Notes: a model not told the origin generated them from the sequence alone. DNA of 64,000 nt from Babesia bigemina (GCF_000981445.1 NC_027216.1:2418001-2482000); one strand, 5' to 3'; shown: positions 33,746 to 48,975, counted from the stretch's first letter. Program-made: numbers and translations.

Positions 33746-35113
33746 ATGGACGATATCGGCGTTCCCGTCAAGTGGGACCGCCTGGGTGAGACCAAGTGGT
33801 AGGTCCGGCGTCCGTTCGGCTAAACTGCTCAGGTACCGCGTCGAGACCTCCACGAAAAAGGTGTACTACTACAACCGAGCTTCCAAGGAAGTAAGGCCGA
33901 ACTGTGTGTAAATATTGCTCGCAGTCGCGATGGCAGCGGCCGGACGTGGACGCGCCCGAGTCGCCGAAGGAGGCAACGTCGCCCGCCCCGGAGCCTGAGG
34001 AGCCGGCTCCAAAGTCGACCTCGAAAGAAGACATAGCAGGGTTCAAGGCGCTAATCAGGGAGCTGAATCTAGCACCATCCGCCACCTTTGATTCGGTACG
34101 ACTTATTTTGACACAGCAGGGTCATCGTCGTGCAGGCACTGCCGAGGATGCTATACGATACAAGGTTCACCGCCATACCGAATCACCAGCGAAGGTCGCT
34201 GTTCATGCAGTTGAGGCTGGAACTGGTCAAGGAGTCCAGTCGCAGCCTCAAGGAGCTCTCCAAGGAGTATATTGCGAACGAACGCTCTGCCAAGTTTGCA
34301 CCGGCGGCTGGGAGCACGCAGGGCTCAAAGGAAGTCCAGCCAGAAAATAGGCCGGCTGCGGAGGACTCTAGCACGTGCAATCAGACAGACAGGAAGCACG
34401 CTAGTTCGGGTACATATCAGAGGGAGCGTGACTCCGGCAAACGTAGACATACGGAGCATGCGCAGTCTCGAGAGCAACTCGCCACTGACATGGCGCGTAC
34501 GGCCTTCATCAGCATGTTGCACGAAAAGATCAAGATGCCGTTCTACAATGGGAAGCCCGAGCCTCTCGACGAAGCTCTTATTGAGGGTGACCCGCGCGGG
34601 GAAAGCCGCCACCTCAAGGACCGTGACAGGATATACCGGCAGTTCGTCGACGACTTCCTCGAGGCAAGGATAGCCCTCTTCGAGCAGAAGTTGCAAACAC
34701 TGGGCAACGAGCACATCAAAACGCCGCTTGACGATGTGGGTGGAGCACGTTATCGCTTATAGAGGTCGTTACAGGTCGTACACACACTGGGCGAACGCCT
34801 GTTTGGGCACCTGCCGCGGGATAGGCTAGAGGCCAGCTTGAGGCGCTGGCGTCGTGACGCGGTGGGTTAGAGTGACGTGTGAAACTCATATGCCGCAGAA
34901 GGCTGAGCTTTTGGACGCATTCGACGTACTCCTCCGGCAGACGTTGTGCTACGCGGAGGGGACCACTGACAGCAAGCTGCGGCTGGCGAAGCTGCAGCTA
35001 CGAGATGATCCGAGGTTTGTGGAAATATTGACACTAAAATTGGCCGCAGGTACCAGCGGCTGGACTGTCTACCCGACGAACGCGACGAGCTGGTGCTCAG
35101 GCGCATCAGGTAG
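33746..35113 (+). CDS. WW + FF domain protein (PRP40/TCERG1-like), multi-exon
   Basis: Spliced MDDIGVPVKWDRLGETK|WYRVETSTKKVYYYNRASKE|SRWQRP (WW). FF-like FKALIRE...YDTRFTAIP..RRSLF and EGDPRG...RDRIYRQF. Confidence 0.75.
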
Positions 35114-35250
35114 GACGAGGCAGCCGCATAGATGTCACGCCATCACAGGGAACTGGACGAAATACACCGCAAATCGAGGGCGGATTTACTCGACTGAAAA
35201 GCGCACCGCAGTCCCCGGCCGACTATGACATAATCGCACAAGTGGACACA

Positions 35251-36457
35251 ATGCTCTGGATCGACAAGCACTGCCCGAAGCAGCTCTATGAGCTGAACTC
35301 ACACCGCGAAGTCAATGAGCTTCTCACCAAACTTGTCGAAAAGTCGCATGGAGAGCTGCCGCACCTGCTCTTCTACGGGCCTTCCGGGGCTGGCAAGAAG
35401 ACACGCATCATGGCGACCCTGCGCGCAGTGTTCGGAGCAGCGATCGACAGGGTTCGTGCTTCTAGTGGAGATGGTCATGGTCATGCTCGCTCAGGTGAAG
35501 ACGGAGGTCGTTTCCAACGTAGACACCTCAAACAACGTCATCGTGTGCCAAAGTGACCATCACATACATAGTGAGTCAACCGTTGAACAGTTGCATCACC
35601 GAGCAGTCCCGTGCACGGAACTAGGTTCCAAGGACAGGGTCATCATCCAGGACGTCATCAAAAACTTGTCGGCCTCGCCTTCCGCATCCAACTACTTCCT
35701 CAAGGGGCCTGCGTACAGGGGTGGGTGGCAGCAGTCGGCCGATACATACTGAGCAGTGTTCCTATTCGAAGATGCCGACTCGCTCTCGCTGCCAGCACAG
35801 GCCGCGCTGAGGCGCACTATGGAGACATACATCAGGAATGCACGCATGTTCCTGCACGTGAAGCAGCTCTCACGGATCATACTGCCGCTGCGCAGCCGGT
35901 GCCTGTGCATCCGTGTCGGCAGCCACACTATCGCAGAGGTACGGAAATCGCGGCTAGGCACTTAATGAGCTCAGATCGTCGATGTGCTACGTGGGATCGC
36001 CAAAGCCGAGGGGCTCCCTCCCAAGCAGTCTTCGGACGAGGTCCTCCGCAGCATAGCCAATGCCAGCGGGCGTAACCTGAGACGGGCCATACTCACACTC
36101 GAGACCATGGCATTGGGCGGGTTCCCCGCAGCTCCGGGAGAGTTCCTGATGCCGTGGGAGCTGCAGGTGGCGAAGCTAGTCAAGTCCGTGCTGGAAAACC
36201 AGTCGCCGTCCACCATCAGCGCTCTCAGGCCGCAGGTGTACGAGCTCCTGGTGTGCTGCATACCCGGCGAGGTGGTGCTCGAAAAGTTTGTCACCATGTT
36301 GTCGCAACGAGTCAAGCCGGAGCTGGTACCAAAGCTGATTCACGTCGCCGCTCATTTCTCCCACACCATGCAACAGGGGTCACGCCAAATATGGCACATC
36401 GAGGCCTGCATCGTGCAGTTCATGGCGCTGCTGGCCGGCAAGGGGGCCGATGTATGA
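35251..36457 (+). CDS. Replication factor C small subunit (human RFC3 / yeast Rfc5 type), 5 exons
   Basis: MLWIDKHCP, Walker A YGPSGAGKKT, AQAALRRTME, PLRSRC and GRNLRRAIL; four GT-AG introns restore the frame. Confidence 0.92.
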
Positions 36458-36522
36458 CAAAAATAAGATATATTATAATTTGCGTTTGCGATGTTATGAG
36501 CCCTGTATACATGCGGCGGGTA

Positions 36523-37555
36523 TTACCCAGCCTGGTTAGGCCCGGCGTTGGGAGCTGGCAGCTTGTTCTTGCGAAACGCCTGCCTCTGGAGGTGGCATTG
36601 TGCAGCTACGTTGCAGCTATTGCAACCGCTACGACTGTGGGTCCAACTACATTTCTGGCTAGATTCAGGCAGCATGTATACGCTTGCGAGGAACACGGTG
36701 CACGGCACGTGCGCATGCTGCCAGAAACTAGTGCGAAGCCAGGTAGCTCACGGCGGGGTCGTCTCTCAGAGCGTCCGGCAGCGCCTCGTGCGCCTTCAGG
36801 CGCGTTTCCAGCACTCCGCACTTCCACAGACCCAGCGTCACCGACGACTCGTCGGTCAGACGACCCAGGCCATGCGGGAGGCCCTCGATTATGGTGCCCA
36901 CGTAGCGCATGCCGTTGGGCCATTCTATCTCGCCCAGTCCGAACGGCACGCCGTCGTCGAAGTGGCACATGACACGCACGCCGTTGTAGGTTACCAAAAC
37001 GCCTTCGCCGTTCGGGAGGCCGTTGGAAAAGGTCCCAGAGTACACCCTCCCTTCATCCGCTACCAGCTTACCCTCGCCGCATGGCACGCCGTCGCTCCAC
37101 TCTCCGACGTACGTGAAACCATCGGGGAACAGCGCCACGCCGTGGCCATGAGGCAGCCCGTTCTCCCAGTTCCCCTCGTAGATGGTCTCGTCGCCGTTGG
37201 CGAACAGGCCGCTCCCGTGAGGCAGGTCGCACTGCCACTGGCCGTCGTACACCATCTCGCCGTTGTGGATCTTACCGGGGCCGTCACGCCTGCCCTCGAG
37301 CGTCCAGCCCAGGTACTCCGAGCCGTTGTCGTACTCGATACACCCCCAATTCGCAGCGACGGCCGAGGGTCGTGATGGCACCGCGCCAAGGTCGCGGGAG
37401 CCTATGTACGGCGACAGCGACCGCTGGCAGACCAAATCCTGCGTGCGACTCTGAATTGTCGACGTCCGAGAAAGCAAGGAAGAAGCACTTTCCTCCCGCC
37501 CATTCTGTTGCTTTTTTGACGCGAAGCGTTTAGTTAACCGGCTGAACAAACCCAT
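36523..37555 (-). CDS. MORN-repeat protein with N-terminal Gly2; probable 34-nt intron near 36718-36751
   Basis: Repeats [28 protein letters not shown] and [21 protein letters not shown]...TGGCAG intron joins the ORF to a last exon ending at 36523. Confidence 0.85.
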
Positions 37556-37666
37556 CGCTGTTACATTATTAAAAATGAAACACTTGGTACTTTTGTGATG
37601 TGTACATCGGTAGACAGTGTGTATGATGTGGTCGATTGTTAACCGTAAAATCGGCCCTGGGTTGTA

Positions 37667-37746
37667 GACAGAATGGCCGAGTGGTCCAAGGCGCTGTGTT
37701 CAGGTCGCAGTCCGAAAGGGCGTGGGTTCGAACCCCACTTCTGTCA
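37667..37746 (+). tRNA. tRNA-Leu(CAG)
   Basis: Acceptor GACAGAA/TTCTGTC+A; D arm TGGCCGAGTGGTCCAAGG; anticodon arm CTGTG-TTCAGGT-CGCAG; long variable arm; T loop GGTTCGAACC. Confidence 0.97.
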
Positions 37747-37895
37747 CCATATTTGTCCACTTAAAACGCTTAATTATCAACAAAGCAGGTTATTGAGAGG
37801 TGAAATACGCTGTGGACGGTTATCCGTTGCTCGTGCGATTAATGATATGTTAATGTTAGCAGTCACCACCAACCGCGAACGTCTGCGTGGCGGCA

Positions 37896-39444
37896 TCACT
37901 TGCGCTTCATCCAGTGGTTTCGGGTGAGCGACTGGATGTAGTGTAGCCCTCGGTTGAACGTTTCCTGCCGAGAGCGCGTGCGCACGACGCTTCCCTTGGC
38001 ACGCACCGAGGGGATGGCCTTGTCGAGCACGCGGGAGTAGTAGCGTGACGGCGCAAGGTTGTTGTACACCTGCACCAGCCGGTTAATGGCCTTCACCTTG
38101 CTCGCGTGGTCCCAGCCCTTGCTGCGCTCCAGCACGCGGATGGCGTTGCTCACGACCGCGCGGTACTTCCGGTCGGCCGGCAGCGAGTGCGCCACGCTCT
38201 GGAGGTTGGGGTAGCGTATGGACGGCGACGCACGGCGTTTACCCATGCGAATAGATCCAGTTACGTCGTTCGGTATGCAGCTGTCGAACGCGAAATAGTT
38301 CTTGAAGGGGTACTTCGACGGCGGGCCTACGGGGTGTTCCTCGGGGGTGCCCAGGCGCTTGAGAAACGACTCGTCGCCTGCGGAGTGTGAAGGGTCGAAA
38401 GTGGCACTTGCCTTCGACAATGGCGCGCACGAGTTGTTGCAGGTTGTCCAGTTTTTGCTCCAAACGGACGCAGGGGTCGAACGAGTAGCTGCAGTAACCC
38501 TGAAAAGCCATCAGAGGCTCCACGGCCTCAGGAGGCAGCGGGGCGTCCAGTCGCTGGTCGGAAATCTTCAAACGGTCCAGGAAACGTTCGATACGAGTCT
38601 CTTCGAACGCGTTGCGCGTGCAACGGTTCACCAAAAGGTTACGCAAAGCGGCTCGGTGCATGGCGTAGCTTGACTCGAAATCCGACAGCTCGTTGAACAA
38701 AACAGGGCGCCTGCGTGGGCTCACTCGGAAGCAAAATGGACTTACTCGAGACGCGCAACGTTGCGCTCGATAGCCCTTGACATCACGTCCTTGAACCTGT
38801 CCGTTAACGTATCCTGCGCAGAGCATGGAATAACCTGTTAGCAACAACTACCTGCCGGACTGGGCGCAGGGCGGACAGCATGCTCTGCACGTCATCATAC
38901 GCCGCTGCCTTCTTCACGTCGGAAACCAGCGTTTCAGTCTCACGCTCAGCGTCGAATAACGGGCTTCTGTGCACGGACATGATGATAGCGCAACCACAAC
39001 ATACGTAATGTCGTACGGCTCCAGCGGGGTGTTGGGGTCGACGCCCATAAAAAACTTGCTCACGCCAACACCGATTGGCTGATTGCGCTCATGGAAGCGG
39101 CCGGAACCCGGTAAACGGCCCTTCAGACGCTTCAGTTCGGCAGCGATGCGATGTGAAGCCGCAGCGGCAGTAGGCTGCTCGGACGGAGCCGATGTCGCAG
39201 AGGCGGGGCTCGGAGAGGCCGCATGCTCGCTTCGCAAGTCTAACGCCTTCTCCGCGTCCTTCAAAGCTGCTTCTGGCAGCGACTGCACACACATGTCACC
39301 ACGGAGCGCCAAACGGACCTTATGGCGGTGAGCTTCCAGCAGCTTACGCTTGTCGGACGCGCTCAGCAGGCGGTAGCGGCTGACGCCGCTGATGAACACA
39401 TCCAGTCCGGCTGATGAGAAACGTCGGTTGGTGAGTGTAAACAT
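37896..39444 (-). CDS. Hypothetical, probably mitochondrial protein, multi-exon
   Basis: Chain of coding-biased ORFs joined by short introns, including a GC-AG intron at 38411-38378. N-terminus MFTLTNRRFSS is transit-peptide-like. Confidence 0.6.
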
Positions 39445-39597
39445 CGTCCCGGTGGAGTTAAAGCCGCTGGAACGGCTGAAGCTACGCCGATGTGCAGGGG
39501 CTCGTAGCAACCGGGGATGTTAACGCAGTCATTACCGGTGGAAATGCGATTATACTGCATGCCATTCAACTGCACACTAACATAAACAACGAGGTGT

Positions 39598-41066
39598 ATG
39601 ACCACCAATGTGACCACTGCCGTCGTCGGCACTGCCTCCGCAGCGGCCGCCAGGCGCGGACGGCAGCTCGACCCTCTGACTGCGGGACTCAAGGAGCTCA
39701 CATTCCGCGAGCTGGCCGCTGCTGCAGAGACTCTGGCCAAGGTAGGCAACATCGGCAACGGAAGGCGCTCATTCCGGTGGTAGACAAGGGTCACAGACGG
39801 CAACCTATGGAGCAGGCTTTGCGACCGACTCAAACCGGAGCTCAAAAGCGTCCACCTAGGGGAGGCGTTGCGCGTAGTGCATGCGCTGGCTAAGGTGCCG
39901 TACAAAAAGGTGCGTAGTGCGCAGCGCTCGGTCACTCCCTTGCAGATATCGTTGATGAACGTAGTTGAGAAGTTGGTGCTGCAGCGACATCATGCCGTTG
40001 GCTCCAGGGCTCTCACGCAGTACTTCATCGACGTCACTCGGCTGCAGTACATTGAGCCGAACACGTTCCAGGCGGTCGTGCAATCGAGGATTGACGACCT
40101 CGACGAGTTCTCCGCATTCGACCTCTGCTTCCTGCTACACGTCGCGGCGAAGCTGAGACTCGCGGACAGCGCCATAATCGACAAAGTATCGCATGAAATA
40201 TTGAATAACGATGACAAATACGATGTAGTATGCAAGGTGAGGTGGAATCCGGTCGATCACACCCTGCACCAGGACAAGGCGCTAGTGGCGATGGTGATTC
40301 GTTCCCTGGCCTTCCTGCAGCACCGGAACCGACTATTCCAAAAGCTCGTATACTCGCGCCTGCCAGGGTACATATACACTTTGGGGCCTCAGGAGATGTG
40401 CAACGTTGTTTTCTCCCTGGTGGTGGCGCTTCAGGACGAGGAATGTGGGTTGCTCGTGCCCAACACTCAATATCCACAGATGGGCCCGAAGCCACGAATA
40501 TTGTGAAGGTGCTGCTCGACCGAGTGTCGACGCATCTGCGTGACCTCGTGGACATTGAAGTCAACCAGCTGTGCATCAGCCTCTTCAACCTCAAGCACAA
40601 GCTCAAGCCGTTCGATGACAAGTACCAGGTGCTGCTGGACGACATTGTCACACTAAACCTGACATTCCCGCCAAGCACCTCAAAAATGCAATACAAAATA
40701 GCCAGGCTGCTGGACGATCTGAAGGTCAAGCACAAGTCGGAGCAGAGGATTGGGCCGTACGTCATGGACTACGTGCTACCGCAGCTCAAGGTATAACCAA
40801 GTTTCTATCGTGCTACATTATACAGGTTGCGATAGAGGTCAACGGTTATTCGCACTTCTACCACCAGACCAAGGAGTTCCACGCAATTACAAGGCTGAAG
40901 TACCAGATTGTCAGGTCACTAGGCTGGAAGGTGCTCAGCGTCAACTACTTCGACTGGAAGAACCGGTCAAGACAGGTGGGTGTGCACAATGACTCGACAA
41001 AATGTGCAGCGAAAGCTGGAATACCTGGGTGAACAGCTACAGGAACTGCTTCGCGACGAGTCCTAG
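39598..41066 (+). CDS. RAP-domain RNA-binding protein, multi-exon; start uncertain
   Basis: C-terminal IGPYVMDYVLPQLK|VAIEVNGYSHFY...TRLKYQIVRSLGWKVLSVNYFDW preceded by helical repeats. Confidence 0.85.
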
Positions 41067-41067
41067 T

Positions 41068-41676
41068 CTACTTGGCGAGCGCCTTCTCGAGTTCATCGTA
41101 TACGGCTTGGCTCTCCAACTTGGTTTCCTTCCTCGCTGAAGGCAATGTTATACGGGCGGTGGAACCTTACGTTCGTGGTAAATCACGTCCAGGGTAACCA
41201 CCTTCCATGAGCCTTCGATGCGCGACAGGTAGCAGGTGAACATGCCTCCAGCCTTGCTGCCGGAGGCGTTCACACGAACTAGAGCGTCGTCGCCGCGTTC
41301 CTCAACGCTCCAATCGCTGCGATATTTGATGTTGTCACCGATGATCTCAACAACGGCCTTGTTGCCCCTGAGACGTCTGCGGTGGTGGCATTGAAGGTTC
41401 GGAATACCTTATCTCCGCTATTGCGGCGCGGACGCAGCCGGGGATGTAGAGGCTCTCGTAAAGCAAATAGCCGGACGCCGCAGTTGCTAACGTTGCCGAT
41501 GCGCCTAGAAGTGCGAAACGCGCGCGAGACGGGCGATATGTGTCGGTGGAATCCTGCGCGGCGGCAGTGGCGCCTGAAAAACAGCGCTCTCCACGGCGAT
41601 ACACACGGCGAGCCGGAGGCGGAATCAGCGCACGGCACGCTGGAGTCAGCGAACTAAATCGACTATATAATCGCAT
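41068..41676 (-). CDS. Tim21/Coa1-like mitochondrial inner-membrane protein, 3 exons
   Basis: Arg/Ser-rich presequence and one TM, then AAIAEIR|GNKAVVEIIGDNIK...VRVNASGSKAGG...GSWKVVTLDV. Confidence 0.6.
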
Positions 41677-41798
41677 TGTGTATGGTCTGTAGCCAATAAA
41701 CGCTTAGAAGGATGCCGACGCGCAGACACCCCGGGGATGGGGAAGATGCAGTACGTAGCACAGTTCCCGGCGACACTTCAGGTCCCGTTCGTAGATAA

Positions 41799-44303
<2,505 letters not shown>

Positions 44304-44585
44304 CTGCGCTGGATGCATGTACCAGTCGGCCGCTAACAACACGTTGTAAATTTGATTTAACTGCCCACAACACGGCCACCGGACCTGCACGGAGCCGCGC
44401 TGGCCGCGCGACACGCCCGTTGTCGGGCTCGCGCTTCGAAGGATGCGGGCTCACAAGCTCGCAACACAGAGAGTAGCTCAACGCAGCGCCACCACATACA
44501 TTATAGTACCCATTCGGCGCGGGAATTGCGGTTGGGATCAATCGCCTCTTGCCGTTAGCGCTAGTATCGGTATGCGCGAGTCGAG

Positions 44586-47500
44586 ATGGAGGAGGCCACG
44601 ACGACCAACAGCGACCGTCCGCGACCCGCGACCACCACGGCTCCGTTGTCGCTCGGAGAAAAGCTGCTCGGAAGAGCAATGAAGAAAGGTGGTAGGGGGA
44701 GCGCCTGAAATTACATACACGGCACAGGCATCTCGGTCAGCGTGCACGGAGTAGCAGTGAGCATCACCAACCACACCAGGACCACGGGAAGCGCATGGAA
44801 ATCAGACCCCAGGATCAACGTTGCAAAGGATATCAGCAGGTGGGTTCACGATTCCGTGCCTTCAGGAATCTCGACGACGCACTATAGACATAGCTCATGC
44901 CTGTGCAGCCCAATCGACGACGGTGCGAACCGACAAGAGCAAAAACCCCGCACTGAGAGCAAGCACCTCAAGGACCCATTTAAGGAGACGACGGAGGAAC
45001 GCGCAAAGCAACCGAGCGGAGCATGGCGGTTGGGGAAAAACACGCTAGTCGACGACATTTTGGGCGACAAGTTCATCATGCCAGGGATGCAAGGCACGTA
45101 TCCGCTGGGATACCGCAATTTCATCGGCAAGGGAACTAAAAAAACGCCGCCACCACCACCAGAGAATCCCCCGCCGAAGCCAGCCGCTGAGGAATACGCA
45201 ATGTCATGGTCTGTGTCAGACAATAATGCGCAGAAGCAAGACGCACAGTTGTCGCGGCAAAGCTCTGCGTGGGAAGAGACGGTCACCAGGAATCTTCTAC
45301 TCGAAAATCTCACTGACGACCGGGCACAAGGTCAATCGTGCTACGACGCTAGCCTCAACAGGGTTCTCGCTGGATACTCGCACATGCAGCTCCAAATGGA
45401 CTCATTTCCGGAGAATGTAGCGAATTCGGCGGGGCTCATAGCGTCACACCTTGACGCCCAGAAACGTAAGGGTGATGACGTGGAGCAGATTGGCCAGAGC
45501 TTGAGCCAGCTCGACGAATCCTTCAATAGACACATTGCTGCGGAGCAGGCGGATATGATGCTAAGCAGCCGCCCTGCAACTTCGCTGCAGCAGGATTTTT
45601 CGGCGAACCTGGCAGCAGCAGAGCAAAAGCTGCGATCTGCAACGCCGAAGGCTTACGGGGTCACAAATAACCAGGAACGCGGATTTAGGTCGAGGCAGCC
45701 ATCAGCCACCTCTAGGCCAACTGCCGCTGGCACGCCAGCTAGGATGGCGCCAGACCCAACTGTCTCGGCACCGCCTGGCATGCTGGAGGAACCAACCGTA
45801 GATGTGCCCCCTGGCGTACTGAACGATCCGTCGTTGGATGCGATGTCACATCTAAACATCAAATCGGCCGAGGAATCACGGGCAGGTGCAAAACAAAAAT
45901 CTTTAGAGCGGGCGCAGCGCAAGGCGAAATCCAGGTCCGCCGATAGGTCGCCATCCGCAGTCAATGCGAAGCCCCTCGAGGGTGAGCAAGCCCTCGCTAA
46001 AAGCGATACTCCCAAGAGAGGGCGGCAAAGGGTTAAGCCTAGGTCGGCAGACAGATCACCACTTGGAGACAATTCTAAACCACTTGAAGATGAGCAGATG
46101 ATGGTCAGCAGCGCTTCATTCAAGGGGGTACTGCAGGGACTTAAACCCAGGTCAGCCGATAGGTCGCCGCAGGCGGGACAAGCAAAACCATTCGACGACT
46201 TGCGCCTAGCGAAAGCCGAACCATCCGAGAAATCACAGCCAGAGGTAAAAGGCAAGTCGTCTGAGAAGACGGCACAAAAGGCGGGACGGAACACACCGGA
46301 AAAGGCTACATCAGCTGCGAAATCACGGTCGACTGGAGGTGCGCTGCCACGCGTAAAAGCCCAGCCGATTGTAGCAGCTCCTCCAGGCCTTACAATAGGG
46401 GCACCGGAGGATGTCCTGCAGCAGGCAAAAGCCAAATTGGATCAGGGGTTGCCACCGAATGCAAAACAGCTGTCACGCGAGAGATCACCGTTAAGTGTAA
46501 AATCCAAGACACCCGTCGATCCTCTATTCGCTGCTCAACCCCAGTTGGCCGTCCCGATTCCTTTGGCTGTCATATCCAAATCACCCGAACAAGAACCCAC
46601 AGGTGGAAAACGCAAGGCGGCAGAGAAAGCCAAGCGAAAAGGCGTAGCAGGATCACCCAACGAGGAGTCCAATCTGTCTAAAGCCAAGACGCCGGAGGGT
46701 ACGCCAGCGGGTCTGAAAGCTAAACCAAACAAAGCGGGGCAACAGAAGGCGGGAGCCAAATCGGTTGGCAAAGCGGCGCCGGGTCCGGTGAACGAACAGT
46801 CTTTGGATTCAGCACCAGATGTAAACACCGTGGCATTGAAGGACTTACAGCCAAGTGCAAAGGCCAAATCAGCCGATCGTGCACCTAAAAAAGTGAAACA
46901 AAAGTCCGCGGATAAATCATTAACGCCGGCACAGTCAGGATCGTTGGAAGATGCGCAGATCATTGTTAAAAGTGACACGCCAAAGGCAACAGCGCAGGAC
47001 GTGAAACCTAAATCAACTGATAAATCGCCATCTGCAGTGCAGTCTAAGCCAGGCGAGGATGAACAAGCCGTAGTTAAGAACGATGCACCTAAAAAAGCAC
47101 CACGGAAGGCAAAGCAAAGGTCAGAGGAAAAGTCAACATCTGCTGTCGATTCGAAGCCAATCCCGGGTGACCTACGCCCAGTGAAAGCCGAACCATCCGA
47201 AAAATCACAGCCAGAGGTAAAAGGCAAGTCGTCTGAGAAGACGGCGCAAAAGGCTGGACGGAACACACCGGAGACAACGAAGGCGAAATCGGGGGCATCA
47301 AAGCGTAAGCAAAAAGCCTCTGGGGCAGATGCACCGGAGGATAACACAGCGCCGGCAAATGTTGAAGTGCAAGACGCCAAAACGATTGCTCTGAATACGG
47401 TATCAGCAGCGCCTGCGCCGAAGGAGGAAGTGGATAGGTCCAAAGCACAATCCGAACAAATCGTGAAAGAGAGCAACAGCCACTCAGCTGAGGAAGCACA

Positions 47501-47654
47501 CCCTACAAACGGAAATGGAGGAAATAAGGTTGCCGCGCAGAACGAGGAGGCGGAAGCTCCGGCGACAACCACACGGAATACGAAAAGGAAGAGCCGACAC
47601 CGAAAACCAGCATCCAAAACCCAGCCTGCCGGATCCGAACAGATTCAGCAATGA
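44586..47654 (+). CDS. Large low-complexity K/S/P/A-rich repeat protein; probable short first exon 44586-44688
   Basis: 970-codon open frame; upstream ATG exon joins in frame through a GT-AG intron; repeated KPRSADRSP-like units. Confidence 0.7.
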
Positions 47655-47817
47655 ATACCGCCATCTCGCACATCGCGAAACTATCGCACATCATTATGCA
47701 ATTTCCAACCTGCGTTTCAAGTACACTCAAGTGGCCGAACACTCATGATGCGGGTGTGGCCACAGCCCACCTCCAATGCCAATAAACCAAACAATGTCCT
47801 GTAAACGTTAGCAATCA

Positions 47818-48975
47818 TTATAACGAGTGGTCTGCGAGTAGCCGTAGGCGGTAGTTGACGCCGAGACGGTGAACGTGGCCGTTGGACAGCACCAGCAGCA
47901 GGTTGTTGGTCGTGGGCAAAAACGTGCACGCCACCACCATGTCCTCCGGATAATAACGTGAGAACGGCCATGCGTAAAACGTGTACAAACGCCGTACGCG
48001 CATCAGCTTGATGTGTAGGCAGAGCCTAAAGTTATCTAGTCCATTCGTGGGGGCAGACGAGACCCGGCGAGCTGAAGCGAACGATTCGTCCCTGCCATCT
48101 CTTCTCACCCTAGGCGATTGCGGGTTCACACGGTAAACCAATACCGCATTGCGGTTGCTCACTGTGCACAAAATCGTGGCGTCTGGACTCAGCACGCACA
48201 GGTGGATCAACCCCATGCCAGGGACCTTGCGGAACTCCTGGAGCAGCTGGACCGAAAACGCATTCCAAAGGCGCACAAAATGCCCGTGGCGTGATGCCGA
48301 CATCAATAGCAAGCCGTCAACGCTCAGCCCTAGAGCGGTAATATCGGAGTTGTGCGCGAGTATCGTCTTGCCCTCGCGGCCCAACAACGCACCGTCGGAG
48401 CAGTCCAAATGGTAGTACGCCATGCCGATCATGCCGCGCGTGGGGCTGGGGAACGCAACGGTGTCCACGTCGCAATTGGAAGCCAGCGAACACAACCCCT
48501 CTGGGTTGTAAAAGGTGCTATACGTATCCAGCAGATTCATGTCGTGCAGATGATACACGTGAACCTCATCCACAACAGCCACTACCAGCAAATGCCGCGA
48601 CAACTTCACGTTAGTAATGCTACTGTTGAACATCAACCTTGCAATCTCGCAGCATTCCTTGTCATCCCACAAAAGTAGCACGTTGCGAGTCCACTCCGCC
48701 GACGCGCGGGACGTCTGCGAAGAGTTCCACGCCGCACTGTCGTCGCCCACTGCCGCCACGATGTTGCACCGGTACATCATCTCAACCGTCCTCACGCCAC
48801 CGCCCACATGCGCGGACAGGTCGCGTTCGCACGCCAGCGAAAACGGGTTGCAGTTGTAGATGCGGAAGCCCGCCGCGCAACTGACGGCCAAACATGACCT
48901 GTCCTGGTTGAAACGCGCATCGGAGAATCCGCCGATCGATGGACTGGATGCGATTGAATGCGAACATGGCAACAT
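47818..48975 (-). CDS. ATG18/WIPI (PROPPIN) family beta-propeller, divergent
   Basis: RFNQDRSC, GFRIYNCNPF, VEMMYRCNIVA, NPEGLCSL, ILAHNSDI...LLMSAS..G..VRLW and LLQEFR. Confidence 0.85.
   Translation of the reverse strand: MLPCSHSIASSPSIGGFSDARFNQDRSCLAVSCAAGFRIYNCNPFSLACERDLSAHVGGGVRTVEMMYRCNIVAAVGDDSAAWNSSQTSRASAEWTRNVLLLWDDKECCEIARLMFNSSITNVKLSRHLLVVAVVDEVHVYHLHDMNLLDTYSTFYNPEGLCSLASNCDVDTVAFPSPTRGMIGMAYYHLDCSDGALLGREGKTILAHNSDITALGLSVDGLLLMSASRHGHFVRLWNAFSVQLLQEFRKVPGMGLIHLCVLSPDATILCTVSNRNAVLVYRVNPQSPRVRRDGRDESFASARRVSSAPTNGLDNFRLCLHIKLMRVRRLYTFYAWPFSRYYPEDMVVACTFLPTTNNLLLVLSNGHVHRLGVNYRLRLLADHSL

Noticed and set aside
45653..47617. Long antisense ORFs (260 and 360 aa)
   Set aside because: Shadow ORFs of the low-complexity sense gene.
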